Below, piece after piece: positions 1 through 9,110 of a DNA stretch of 45,390 nt (positions within the stretch are counted from its first letter, which is position 1; each line of letters begins with the position of its first letter). The stretch comes from Abditibacteriaceae bacterium (GTDB lineage Bacteria > Armatimonadota > Abditibacteriia > Abditibacteriales > Abditibacteriaceae), in NCBI GenBank assembly GCA_031425655.1, contig JANPJS010000026.1, positions 1 through 45,390 on the forward strand. Reading direction: 5' to 3'. The position numbers and the translations under genes are program-made. Under the pieces are notes generated by a model, which saw nothing but the letters and a program-made list of their open reading frames with translations, was not told the DNA's origin and ran no database searches.

Positions 1-1
1 C

Positions 2-391
2 GCCAGTGTTATTTTGCGCCGCATTGCGCGCGTAGCCGATCCGAAACCGGCGGCGTTTTTTCCCGGCTGGCCGCGACAGGATTTGCGCGCCGGCAGTCTG
101 GCGTTAGTCTTCGAGGTTGTCCCCGCTTTGGCGCAGGGCACAGTAGATTTCCGAGGAATGTTCGCCGAAAACGACGCGGGAGTTCCGCTCCACGACGAGA
201 ATAGAATCGCTCTCGAAGCAGGCGACGTGACCGGTTCGAGCAAAGGCAAAGGCTGGCTGCGCACGATGCTGCTGCATCCGCCGTTGCCGGGTGCCAAAAG
301 CCTGCGCGTTCAGGTTGTCGTGGACGAAACGCGAGCGACCGGAAAAGAAGCCACGCTGCTTTTCCCCGATGTGCCCTTACCTACACCTTGA
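2..391 (+). CDS. Hypothetical protein, C-terminal part (gene begins before the window)
   Basis: The frame of ORF 14..391 is open back to position 2. It ends at TGA 389-391, convergent with tatD. No recognised motif. Confidence 0.5.
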   Translation, partial: ASVILRRIARVADPKPAAFFPGWPRQDLRAGSLALVFEVVPALAQGTVDFRGMFAENDAGVPLHDENRIALEAGDVTGSSKGKGWLRTMLLHPPLPGAKSLRVQVVVDETRATGKEATLLFPDVPLPTP

Positions 392-393
392 CT

Positions 394-1188
394 TCAAGCC
401 AGCCCGAACAACCGCCGCGCGTTCTCGCTGGTGATTCGCGCGCATTCTTCGACGCTGATGCCGTGCAATTCGGCAATCGTGGCGGCAACGCGCGGCAGAT
501 AAGATGGCTCGTTGGTTTTGCCGCGAAACGGGACGGGTGCCAAATACGGCGCGTCGGTTTCAATCAGCAATCGGTCGAGCGGGCAAAACTGGGCTACATC
601 GCGCACGCTCTGCGCGTTTTTGAAAGTTACAAGCCCGGTAAAGCCCAGATAAAAACCCAAATCCAACACGCGCCGCGCGACTTCGAGCGATGAGCCGAAG
701 CAATGAAACACGCCCGCAATATCGGGAAACTCGGCCATAATCGCCGGCAGTCGTTCGTCGGCTTCGCGGTTGTGCAAAACCACGGGCATTTGCAGTTCGC
801 GCGCGATTTCGAGTTGCATTCGCAGCACTTTTTCCTGCACGGCGCGCGTGGCGCCGGGATGCTGCGAATGCGTTTCGTCGTAAACGAAATCCAGCCCGAT
901 TTCGCCAATCGCGACGACTTCGGCGTTGTTGACTAAGGTGCGCAGCAGTTCATCGGAATTTTCGTCCCATTCAAGCGCGCGCTGTGGATGCACGCCCGCT
1001 GTCGCCCACATCGAAATGCCACGCAAGCACGCACGTTTCGCTTGTTCCAGCGCCGCTCGCGACGATTCCAGCGCATCTCCGATGTTGAGAAACGCCGTCA
1101 CTTGCGCGTCGCTCGCGCGTTGCAAAACGCCGTCAAAATCGGCAGCGAGTTCATCGGAGGTTAGATGACAGTGTGAATCGAAAAACAC
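394..1188 (-). CDS. tatD: TatD family metal-dependent DNase
   Basis: Motifs DSHCHL, GVHP, AIGEIGLD, LHNRE, FHCF, LLIETDAPYLAP, NEP. The true start is probably GTG at 1188; the ORF-track extension to 1290 is translated repeat DNA. Confidence 0.93.
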   Translation of the reverse strand: MFFDSHCHLTSDELAADFDGVLQRASDAQVTAFLNIGDALESSRAALEQAKRACLRGISMWATAGVHPQRALEWDENSDELLRTLVNNAEVVAIGEIGLDFVYDETHSQHPGATRAVQEKVLRMQLEIARELQMPVVLHNREADERLPAIMAEFPDIAGVFHCFGSSLEVARRVLDLGFYLGFTGLVTFKNAQSVRDVAQFCPLDRLLIETDAPYLAPVPFRGKTNEPSYLPRVAATIAELHGISVEECARITSENARRLFGLA

Positions 1189-1280
1189 GATAGGTGGATA
1201 GGTGGTTTGGTGGATAGGTGGTTTGGTTGTTGAGTGACGCCATTTAACCACCCAACTACCAAACAACCAAACCACCCAAC
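1189..1280. repeat. 8-mer tandem-repeat palindrome (GATAGGTG/GTTTGGTG x6, then CACCCAAC/AACCAAAC-type x5)
   Basis: Six G-rich octamers at 1189-1236, loop ACGC, then five complementary C-rich octamers at 1241-1280. Fills the whole intergenic gap. Confidence 0.85.
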
Positions 1281-1282
1281 TC

Positions 1283-2350
1283 CTACGCAATCTCCACTTC
1301 GCGGCCTGTTTCGGCGCTTTTGTAAAGGCCTTCGAGCATTTTCATCATCGTAACGCCTTGCGTTACGTCGGGGTCGGGCGTTGTGTCGTTGAGGATGCAA
1401 TCCACGAAATGGCCGGTTTGCCCGGCCCAGTTATCGGCTTTTTCGAGAGTCAACGCGATGCTGGCCTCGGCGCCGTTGATTTCTTTATAAATCGAAGCTT
1501 TGTCTTGCCAATCCCAGTCGAGGCCGCCTTCGGTGCCGAAAAGACGGCACCACGTCGTGTTGCCGCGATTGTGCAGCGCCCACGAAACTTCCAGATTGAT
1601 CGTCAGGCCGTTGTCGAAGCGAATCAGACCGGCGGCTAAGTCTTCCACGTCGAAAGTGCCTTCCAAATCACGAGCGCCCCACGCGCCCAAACCTTGTTGG
1701 CGCGGCCCAAATTCGGCGTAAGTCACGCCCGAAACCGCGACTGGATTCGGCTTGCCGGCCAGCCACCACGCGATGTCGAGCAAATGCACGCCGATGTCAA
1801 TGAGAGGGCCGCCGCCGCTGAATTCTTTGGTGGTGAACCAGCCTCCGTAGCCGGGAATGCCCTTTTTTCGCAGAAATCCGGCCTGCGCGTAATAAACGCG
1901 GCCCAATTCGCCGGATTCGACCAGTTTTTTCAAATAGCGCGACTCGGCGCGAAAGCGACTGACCTGCCCGACCATGCACTTTTTGCCGGATTTCGCTGCG
2001 GCGTCGGCCATCGTTTGCGCTTCTCTTGCGTTCATGGCCAAAGGCTTTTCGCAGAGAACGTGCTTGCCCGCTTCGAGGCAGTCAATCGTAGCTTGGGCGT
2101 GCAGATAATTCGGCAAACCGACCGAAACCGCGTCTACGCCCGCCTTTTCGAGCATCTCGCGATAATCGGCGTAGATTTGGATGCTTTCCAAGTCGAGGTC
2201 TTTGGCGACTTGCGTGGCGCGCTCGATATTCACATCGCACAAAGCCACGATTTTGGCTTGCGGCACTTGTTTGTAGCCGCGCAAATGCGATTGTCCGATG
2301 CCCGCGCCGATGACGCCGATTTTCACTTGCTCCGACGGTTGACTGACCAT
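1283..2350 (-). CDS. Gfo/Idh/MocA family NAD(P)-dependent oxidoreductase
   Basis: N-terminal Rossmann IGVIGAGIG, HVLCEKPLA, GGGPLIDIGVHLLD. Confidence 0.93.
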   Translation of the reverse strand: MVSQPSEQVKIGVIGAGIGQSHLRGYKQVPQAKIVALCDVNIERATQVAKDLDLESIQIYADYREMLEKAGVDAVSVGLPNYLHAQATIDCLEAGKHVLCEKPLAMNAREAQTMADAAAKSGKKCMVGQVSRFRAESRYLKKLVESGELGRVYYAQAGFLRKKGIPGYGGWFTTKEFSGGGPLIDIGVHLLDIAWWLAGKPNPVAVSGVTYAEFGPRQQGLGAWGARDLEGTFDVEDLAAGLIRFDNGLTINLEVSWALHNRGNTTWCRLFGTEGGLDWDWQDKASIYKEINGAEASIALTLEKADNWAGQTGHFVDCILNDTTPDPDVTQGVTMMKMLEGLYKSAETGREVEIA

Positions 2351-2407
2351 GAAATTGAAAATCCTTTGGGAAAATTTGTCGCGGAATTGAGTTGCATTTT
2401 AACAAGT

Positions 2408-2554
2408 TGCTGGATGCTGGATGCTGGATATTTGATGCTGGATATTCGATTCAGAGCATCGAGCATCGAGCATCGAGCATCGAGCATCGAGCATCGAGCA
2501 TCGAGCATCGAGCATCGAGCATCCAGCATCCAGCATCCAGCATCCAGCATCCAG
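2408..2554. repeat. 7-mer tandem-repeat palindrome / VNTR (TGCTGGA x~5; GAGCATC x10; CAGCATC x4)
   Basis: TGCTGGA-type units at 2408-2442, GAGCATC x10 at 2454-2523, CAGCATC x4 at 2524-2551. The left arm is complementary to the right arm. Lies between divergent genes. Confidence 0.92.
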
Positions 2555-2582
2555 AACACCCGCTATACTGCGCGCCGAACCG

Positions 2583-4109
2583 ATGAAGCCTTGCTCCGCT
2601 GCCGCGCGCTTTTTGCCGCGTTTTTATTTGCCGCTGATCGTGGCGCTGTGCTGCGTGCAAACGTGGCGGCCTTTGGGCGGCGGCGACGATTTTTGGGCGC
2701 ACGCGGCCATCGGGCGCTGGATCGCACAGCACGGCGCCGTGCCGCAGCGCACGCTGTTTTTGTGGGGCGATAATCAGCCGTGGATCGCGCATTCGTGGGG
2801 CACGCAGCTCTGGTTTTATGGATTCATGAAAATCGGCGGAGAGCGCGGCGGGCCATATTTGGCCCTGCTTTTTGCCTGCGTGATGCTTTCGCTGTGCTTC
2901 GTGCTTTTGTGGCGCGAATGGGCGCGGCGCGGGCAAATTTCCACCCTTACCATGCTGTTTTTCGCGCTTGCGACCGTCTGCGCCCAAACGCGGGCGCGGC
3001 CCCGGCCCGAACTTTTTTCGAGCGTATTCTTCACGATTCTGCTGGTTTATTTGCTCGACACCAAGCGGCGCAGCGGTTTTTCGTGGCGCGATGGCGCACT
3101 TGTTTTGATGTTCGTGGCGTGGGCGAATCTGCACGGACAAGTCGCCGCCGGGCTGCTTTTGCTGGCACTGACCGCACTCTGCGATGCGGCGCAGGCGCGG
3201 TTTGGCGGAGCTGACTGGAAACCGGCAAGGCGCTCCGGCGCCGTGCTTTTGGCGTGCGCTTTAGCGATAAATCTCAACCCGTATGGCTGGCATTATTGGA
3301 GCGCATTGCGGCCTGTGGGCGGGCCGATGTTCGCGCACATTGACGAATGGAAACCTTTCTGGAAAGCGCCGGCACTGGATATATTCTTTCCCGCCGCCGC
3401 ATTCGTGCCGGCGCTTTTTGCGCTGATCGCATGGCTGGGCACTACGAAGCGGCGTTGGGCTTACGGCGCGTGGCTGATCGTGTGGATGGCGCTGCTTTTG
3501 ACGGCGCGCCGCTATTTGTGGATGCTGTCGCTCGTCAGCCTCGCGGTTTTGGCGGCTCATGCCGAAGCCATCGCGCCGCAAGTGTTTTGGCGTGCGCTGC
3601 GCAGCGTTTTGTGGAAAGAAAAAGGCGCTGCGGAGATTCCAGCGCTTTGGCGGCTCGCGGCTCGCGGCGCGACGGTCGTTTTTCTCGTGGTGGTCATCGC
3701 GCGGCAGACTCCGCAGGCGTGGCTGCACCGCGTGCCGCGCGCCGTTTCGGAGCGATTGCCCGGCCCCGCCGCCACGAAACTGATGCAAATGGCGAAGCGG
3801 CGTCCGGGCCTGCGCGTTTTCAACGATTACGAGTCTTCGAGCTATTTGCAATGGCGTTGCGCGGGCGCGCCGCCGCTGTTCATTGACCTGTTAAACGCTT
3901 ATCCCGACCGGCTTTTATTCGATTACTTTGATATTCTCAAAGCCAAGTCGAAAGGCCGAAAAATGTTGGCCGCGCGCCGCGTGAACTGTGTTTTTTTGCG
4001 GCGGCATAAGCCCAAAGAAAGTCTGGCGAGCTTCGCCAAATATCTCAACGCGAACCCGTCGTGGCGCCGCGTTTACGCGCGCGACGCGACAATCTGGCTG
4101 AAAAAGTGA
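2583..4109 (+). CDS. Polytopic membrane protein, putative GT-C fold glycosyltransferase
   Basis: Many TM segments. Acidic DD in the first external loop (GDDFWAHAAIGRWI), plus RPELFS, WANLHG, NPYG and a C-terminal soluble domain. Adjacent to the YfhO-like gene. Confidence 0.65.
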   Translation: MKPCSAAARFLPRFYLPLIVALCCVQTWRPLGGGDDFWAHAAIGRWIAQHGAVPQRTLFLWGDNQPWIAHSWGTQLWFYGFMKIGGERGGPYLALLFACVMLSLCFVLLWREWARRGQISTLTMLFFALATVCAQTRARPRPELFSSVFFTILLVYLLDTKRRSGFSWRDGALVLMFVAWANLHGQVAAGLLLLALTALCDAAQARFGGADWKPARRSGAVLLACALAINLNPYGWHYWSALRPVGGPMFAHIDEWKPFWKAPALDIFFPAAAFVPALFALIAWLGTTKRRWAYGAWLIVWMALLLTARRYLWMLSLVSLAVLAAHAEAIAPQVFWRALRSVLWKEKGAAEIPALWRLAARGATVVFLVVVIARQTPQAWLHRVPRAVSERLPGPAATKLMQMAKRRPGLRVFNDYESSSYLQWRCAGAPPLFIDLLNAYPDRLLFDYFDILKAKSKGRKMLAARRVNCVFLRRHKPKESLASFAKYLNANPSWRRVYARDATIWLKK

Positions 4110-4278
4110 TTACCTCAGGTTGCCACCTATGGTCAATTTTGGAGTGCGCGAGCCTGTTCGCGCTTTTTTTAGCCGACTTGTCGGCGTCAAATCTCAAGAA
4201 AAAGGGTTTATGCCGACAAGTCGGCTCTGGAAAGCGACGACAAGTCGCCGCACTCCATAGGTAGCAACCTGGGTTAAT
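4109..4278. mobile_element. MITE/REP-like element with 24-bp terminal inverted repeats and internal hairpins
   Basis: Left end ATTACCTCAGGTTGCCACCTATGG vs reverse complement of the right end ATTAACCCAGGTTGCTACCTATGG (21/24). Internal IR pairs GCCGACTTGTCGGC/GCCGACAAGTCGGC and TGGAGTGCG/CGCACTCCA. Confidence 0.7.
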
Positions 4279-4279
4279 T

Positions 4280-6724
4280 ATGAGACTGGCAAGCCGCAAT
4301 CCCGCCATCAGGCGCCGCACGCGAAATTTGGGCTTGTTGGCGGCTCTGGTCATTCTGGCCTATTTGCCGGCGTTGGCCGGTTTATGGGCCGGTGCGTGGC
4401 CGTTTCACGATGACGCGATCACGCTTTTCAACGTCTGGCGCGGCTTGGGACGCGAAGCGCTGCGTTCGGGCGTTATTCCGCTGTGGAATCCCTACACTTT
4501 TTGCGGAATGCCGCTCGCGGCCAACAATCAGACTGCGTATTTTTATCCTCCGAACCTTCTCTACTGGTTTTTGCCGATGTCGCCGGCGCTGCTTTTCGAC
4601 GCGATTTTGCACAATATCTGGCTGGCGTGGGGCGCCTATGCGCTGGGACGCGCTCTGAAAATGAGTCGCAGCGCCGCGTTTCTTACGGCGCTGGCGTTCG
4701 CTTTAGGTGGCGCGGTTTCGGCGCATATTTATAACGGGCATATGACGTGGCATACGGCGCGTTCGTGGCTGCCGTGGGAATTGTGCGCGCTGCTGCTTTA
4801 TTTGCGTGGCGGGCAGAGACGCTACGCGATTGCCTTCGCGCTGTGCGTTGTGGCGCAGATTGCCAGCGGTTATTTGCCGATTATGGTGCTGTCGCTCGCG
4901 CTGTGCGTGGGACTTGTGGTGGCGTGGGCGCTTACGCATCGCGCGCCGCGAATGCCGCGCGGTTGGCTCGGCGTGGCGGCGCTGGTGGCGGCATTATGCG
5001 GCTCGCTCAGCGCGGTTTTTATCCTGCCGATGTTGGAAGTAAGCCGCCTTTCGGTGCATGGCGACGGTTTGGAATTTGAAGCGGCTACGGCGTTTTCCGG
5101 CTCGTGGGCTACGCTGGCGCGCCTGCTTTTGCCGGGGTTTTTCGGCAACAATAATTTCCAGTGGAGCATCGCGGGTGTGCCGCACGAAGAAGCCGGCTCC
5201 ATCGGCGCGCTGCCGCTGCTGCTGGCTTTGGGCGCACCCTTTTTAGCGCGCCGTGCCGGGAAAAAAGGGCATCCGGCGCTGTGGTTTCTGTGCGCGCTGC
5301 TGCCCATCGCGGTGGTCATGGCGATGGGCCGTAATCTGCCGTTTTATCGCGTGGCTTTCGATTATTTGCCCTTCGTCAGCAAAACGCGCGTGCCGGTGCG
5401 CTGGATGGAGTTGTTCTATTACGCCTCGGCGCTGCTGTGCGGTTTTTCGTTCGATGCCCTGATTCATCGGCGCAGCGCCGGAGCACGCGCCGAACGCACA
5501 TTTTCTTGGACACTGGGCGTGATTTGCGCGCTGTGCGCCGCACTTTTTGCCCTCGTGGCACTGAGTTCTCCCGCTGCGGAATTCTGGCTGGGCCGCGCGC
5601 GAATCGCGCTGGCGAACGCTGTGCCGGATGCCGCCCAATTGATCCGCTCTGCCTCGCAATTGCACGGCGACGCACTTCTCGAATCGCTACTCGTCGCGGC
5701 GTTTTTAGCCGGCGGAATCTATATTTTTGCGAAATGGCGCCACGCAAATGCCGCTGCGGCGCGCCGCTGGGAGCGCGTGATGCTGGCGCTGATTGCCTTC
5801 GATTTGCTGAGCCTGTTCTGGCGCTCGGCCAAGCTCATCGCGCCTCAACCGCTGCGTGCCTATTTTATCTGGCCCAAATCTCTGGCGGCCCGCTTTGACA
5901 AAGAACAGCGATGGGAAACGAGCTTTGAGAGCGGCATTATCAACCTCGCCGCTTTGGATCATATCGCGGTTTTCAACGGCTACGATGCGCTGGGTCAAAA
6001 GCGGTTTTTCGATTTCGCCATTGCCATCGAAGGAAAGTCGTTCTGGACGGCGATGTATCAAGTGCCGCAGCACTCGCCGCTGCTGCGTGTGGCGAGTGTG
6101 AGCCATACGATTTCATCGCGCGACGATGCGCCGAAAGTGCACCGCGAATTCGCCGGCTATCGTCCGCGTTTAATGGCCCGCGAAGGCGATTATCACTTGT
6201 GGCAATGGGACGGCGCATGGCCGCGCGCCTACGTCACGCGCAACTTGCACCGCGCGCCGGAAAGCGCGCAACTGCCGCTGCTGGAAACGCTGTCGCGACG
6301 CGATTTTGAAGCGCAACGGCGTCCGGCGGTTGTCGCGCCCGGCACGTTTTCCCCAATTAAAAACACGCCGCTTGCGTCCGGCGAAAGCGTGCGCGACTGG
6401 AATTTTTCGTGGAATCGGGTTGCGCTCGCAACGCAGGCTAATGCGCCGTCGCTTTTGGTTTTCAGCGATGCGTATTTTCCCGGCTGGCGCGCTTTCGTCA
6501 ACAAACGCGAAACGCCGCTTCAACCGGCGAATTTTCTGTTTCGCGGCCTCGAAGTGCCGCGCGGCCAATCGCGTGTCGAGATGGTTTATGAGCCACAAAC
6601 TTTTCGTGTGGCGCTGTTTATTTCGCTGTGCGGATTAGCGGCGTTAGGTGCATTGGGCGCCGCCCAATTCACAGCCAGAAACAGCCGCAAAGCGCGCCCG
6701 CCAAAATCAACCACGCCGAATTGA
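4280..6724 (+). CDS. YfhO family membrane protein (GT-C-like glycosyltransferase)
   Basis: PLWNPYTFCGMP...YFYPPN, multi-TM core, C-terminal LVFSDAYFPGWRAFVN...ANFLFRG...YEP followed by a final TM helix. Confidence 0.85.
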   Translation: MRLASRNPAIRRRTRNLGLLAALVILAYLPALAGLWAGAWPFHDDAITLFNVWRGLGREALRSGVIPLWNPYTFCGMPLAANNQTAYFYPPNLLYWFLPMSPALLFDAILHNIWLAWGAYALGRALKMSRSAAFLTALAFALGGAVSAHIYNGHMTWHTARSWLPWELCALLLYLRGGQRRYAIAFALCVVAQIASGYLPIMVLSLALCVGLVVAWALTHRAPRMPRGWLGVAALVAALCGSLSAVFILPMLEVSRLSVHGDGLEFEAATAFSGSWATLARLLLPGFFGNNNFQWSIAGVPHEEAGSIGALPLLLALGAPFLARRAGKKGHPALWFLCALLPIAVVMAMGRNLPFYRVAFDYLPFVSKTRVPVRWMELFYYASALLCGFSFDALIHRRSAGARAERTFSWTLGVICALCAALFALVALSSPAAEFWLGRARIALANAVPDAAQLIRSASQLHGDALLESLLVAAFLAGGIYIFAKWRHANAAAARRWERVMLALIAFDLLSLFWRSAKLIAPQPLRAYFIWPKSLAARFDKEQRWETSFESGIINLAALDHIAVFNGYDALGQKRFFDFAIAIEGKSFWTAMYQVPQHSPLLRVASVSHTISSRDDAPKVHREFAGYRPRLMAREGDYHLWQWDGAWPRAYVTRNLHRAPESAQLPLLETLSRRDFEAQRRPAVVAPGTFSPIKNTPLASGESVRDWNFSWNRVALATQANAPSLLVFSDAYFPGWRAFVNKRETPLQPANFLFRGLEVPRGQSRVEMVYEPQTFRVALFISLCGLAALGALGAAQFTARNSRKARPPKSTTPN

Positions 6725-7829
6725 TTTTCGTGTTCAGCAGAACGAGCAAAGCGCAGAACGCGAGGGCTAAAGACAGTGGCAAAAATACACTTTTCGGCCA
6801 CAAGGCGTGAACCGCAAGCTGCCACGTCACGGCTGCCATGAGAGCCAGCGAGGCCGCGTTTACAGCGTCCAAAAAAGCGCGCAGCAGCGGCGAGGTTTTG
6901 GTTTTTTCGAGCAGACTTGCCAGCAGTCCGACGAAGAAAAACGACGGCAAAAAGATGCCGAGTGTAGCCGCCAGAGCGCCCGGCAAACCTGCGATGACGT
7001 AGCCGATGAAGGTCGCGGTCGTGAAAACCGGCCCCGGCGTCATTTGTCCGACGGCGACGGCGTCCAGCAATTGTTTATCGCTGATCCAGCCTAATCGTTC
7101 CACTAAATCGCTGCGTAAATAAGCCAGTAAAACATAGCCGCTGCCGTAAATAATCGAGCCGATTTTGAGGAACACGAAAAACAGCCCGGCGACTTTATTG
7201 GCCACCAGCGATGGCGCTGCAATCAGGAAAATCGCGGGCGAGATTTTGGTGGTTTTATCCTCACTCGGCCCGTCGCGCGGCGCAGGTTTTCGCTGAGAAT
7301 AACCAAGCATCAGCCCGGCCAGCGCCGCCAAAGCGATGATCGCCAGTTCCGGCACGCCGCTGATGTGCAGCGCAAGCGCGCCGACTGCGACTGCGATGGC
7401 AAAAGTCGTTTTCAGCGCGGTCGCGGCGAATTTCCATAAGGCCACCGCGACAATGGCCACGACAACCGGCGCAATGCCGCGCAGCACCGCTTCGACAGCG
7501 GGCAGAGCGCCAAACTTTTGATAAAACCACGCGATTGCTAAAACGATTAGCACCGCCGGCAAAATGAAGCAGGCGCCGGCTACCCAAAGCCCGGCGCGTC
7601 CGGCGCGCTGCTGTCCGATATACATCGCCAGTTCGGTCGAATTGGGGCCGGGAATGATATTCGTCGCGCCGACCAAATCGAGAAACTGCTGCCGGTTCAG
7701 CCATTCTCGCTTTTGCACGAATTCTTGTTCCATCAGCGCGATATGCGCCGCCGGCCCGCCGAAACTGGTAGCGCCCAGCCGCAGAAATATCAGCGCCAAT
7801 TCGCGCAGACGATGCTTGTGTTCAGACAT
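6669..7829 (-). CDS. chrA: Chromate efflux transporter (CHR family, long form)
   Basis: FLRLGATSFGGPAAHI, IIPGPNSTE; second half FLKIGSIIYGSGYVL, QMTPGPVFTTATFIGY. Its 3' end overlaps the YfhO gene by 56 bp. Confidence 0.93.
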   Translation of the reverse strand: MSEHKHRLRELALIFLRLGATSFGGPAAHIALMEQEFVQKREWLNRQQFLDLVGATNIIPGPNSTELAMYIGQQRAGRAGLWVAGACFILPAVLIVLAIAWFYQKFGALPAVEAVLRGIAPVVVAIVAVALWKFAATALKTTFAIAVAVGALALHISGVPELAIIALAALAGLMLGYSQRKPAPRDGPSEDKTTKISPAIFLIAAPSLVANKVAGLFFVFLKIGSIIYGSGYVLLAYLRSDLVERLGWISDKQLLDAVAVGQMTPGPVFTTATFIGYVIAGLPGALAATLGIFLPSFFFVGLLASLLEKTKTSPLLRAFLDAVNAASLALMAAVTWQLAVHALWPKSVFLPLSLALAFCALLVLLNTKINSAWLILAGALCGCFWL

Positions 7830-7889
7830 GAAGGTCTATTTTAGCGAACGGAATTTAAATGGAAGTAGTGAAGTAGACTTTTAGGCAAT

Positions 7890-8288
7890 ATGAAGGAACG
7901 AATTTTAAGTTTTCTCTTTTTGGCTTTGTGTGCCGGAGTTTTGATCCGCTGCTTGTATTGGCTTTGGTGGCTGCATCCTTTGGCCTTAATTGCCGGTTTG
8001 TTAATTATCGCACGACTATCATGGCAGCTTTGGGATTCGTGGCGTAAAGACAAACGCTGTGAGCGTGAAGGTTATAGGGTTGTGTTTATCCCTGGGACGA
8101 GAACAGGGGAAGAGCCATCGCAGATCACTTACTCTGAAGGAGAGAAATCCATAGATTTAAAAGTTTTCAGTGGTAAGGTTGCATTTCCTTCGCGAGTCGC
8201 GTGGACACGTATGCCTGATTGGGCGAAAGAGCGCCGCGAGGAGATTATCAGTCGCGTTGGGCAGCGATACCCGCATTTGGTGGATTGA
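7890..8288 (+). CDS. Hypothetical protein with two N-terminal TM helices, AT-richer than flanks
   Basis: 132 aa ORF filling the gap between chrA and the ATPase gene; hydrophobic N-terminus; visibly lower GC. Confidence 0.6.
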   Translation: MKERILSFLFLALCAGVLIRCLYWLWWLHPLALIAGLLIIARLSWQLWDSWRKDKRCEREGYRVVFIPGTRTGEEPSQITYSEGEKSIDLKVFSGKVAFPSRVAWTRMPDWAKERREEIISRVGQRYPHLVD

Positions 8289-8297
8289 AATAACAAA

Positions 8298-9104
8298 ATG
8301 CCCCATCTCAAAGCCATCTCGAAGAAACCCGGCGCGGCGCGCGATGACTTTTTCCCGTTCAATATCCCCGCTGTGCGCCACTTGGAGCGCATCGAATTTC
8401 ACCAGCCTGTGACGTTTTTCGTGGGCGAAAACGGGTCGGGGAAATCCACGCTGCTCGAAGGCATCGCGACGGGAATTGGCGCTGCGACGGTCGGCGGCGA
8501 AGATGTAGAGCGCGACGAAACGCTTGATGCCATGCGCGGACTGGCCGATCATCTGCGTTTTGAGTGGCGTAAGAAAACCGGGCGCGGGTTTTTTCTGCGC
8601 GCCGAGGATTTTTTCAATTTTTCGCGGCGACTGCGGCAAAATCAGGCGGAATTGCAAGCCATTATCAGCCGCTACGAAGACGAACTGCGCGAAAACCCGC
8701 AGGACGAAGGCATCAAGCGCGCCATCGGTTACATTCGCGGGCAAAAGGACGCCATTATTCGGCGCTACGGCGAAAATCTCGATGCCAATTCGCACGGCGA
8801 AAGCTTCATGAAAGTCTTTGAATCGCGTTTGGTGCCGGGCGGACTCTATTTGTTGGACGAGCCGGAAGCCGCACTTTCGCCGCTGCGCCAACTCGCGTTT
8901 TTGTCGCAAATGAAAGCGATGGCCGCGCAGCAATGCCAGTTCATTATCGCCACGCATTCGCCGATTTTAATGGCCTTTCCCGACGCCGAAATTTATAGTT
9001 TCGATTCGCAGCCCATCGCGCCCGTGGCCTACGATGAACTCGAACACGTCACGCTGACGCGCGCCTTTTTAAGCGATCCCGGCGCGTTTTTGCATCGCTT
9101 GTAA
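8298..9104 (+). CDS. Stand-alone ABC-type ATPase (COG3910/AAA_21-like)
   Basis: Walker A GENGSGKS, signature-like SHGESF, Walker B YLLDEPEAALSP, H-loop ATHSP. Confidence 0.88.
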   Translation: MPHLKAISKKPGAARDDFFPFNIPAVRHLERIEFHQPVTFFVGENGSGKSTLLEGIATGIGAATVGGEDVERDETLDAMRGLADHLRFEWRKKTGRGFFLRAEDFFNFSRRLRQNQAELQAIISRYEDELRENPQDEGIKRAIGYIRGQKDAIIRRYGENLDANSHGESFMKVFESRLVPGGLYLLDEPEAALSPLRQLAFLSQMKAMAAQQCQFIIATHSPILMAFPDAEIYSFDSQPIAPVAYDELEHVTLTRAFLSDPGAFLHRL

Positions 9105-9110
9105 TTTTTA

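Noticed and set aside
1189..1290. N-terminal extension of TatD (MRRSWVVW...)
   Set aside because: It is translated octamer repeat; family homology starts at VFFDSHCH.
2323..3140. ORFs with SIEHRAS/MLDARCS peptide repeats (2323..2559, 2392..2586, 2451..3140, 1694..2773)
   Set aside because: These are translations of the heptamer array and antisense or alternate-frame shadows of real genes.
8298..9104. ATPase as part of a defence system (Septu, Gabija, PARIS)
   Set aside because: No adjacent nuclease or TOPRIM partner; the motifs fit the common stand-alone COG3910 ATPases.
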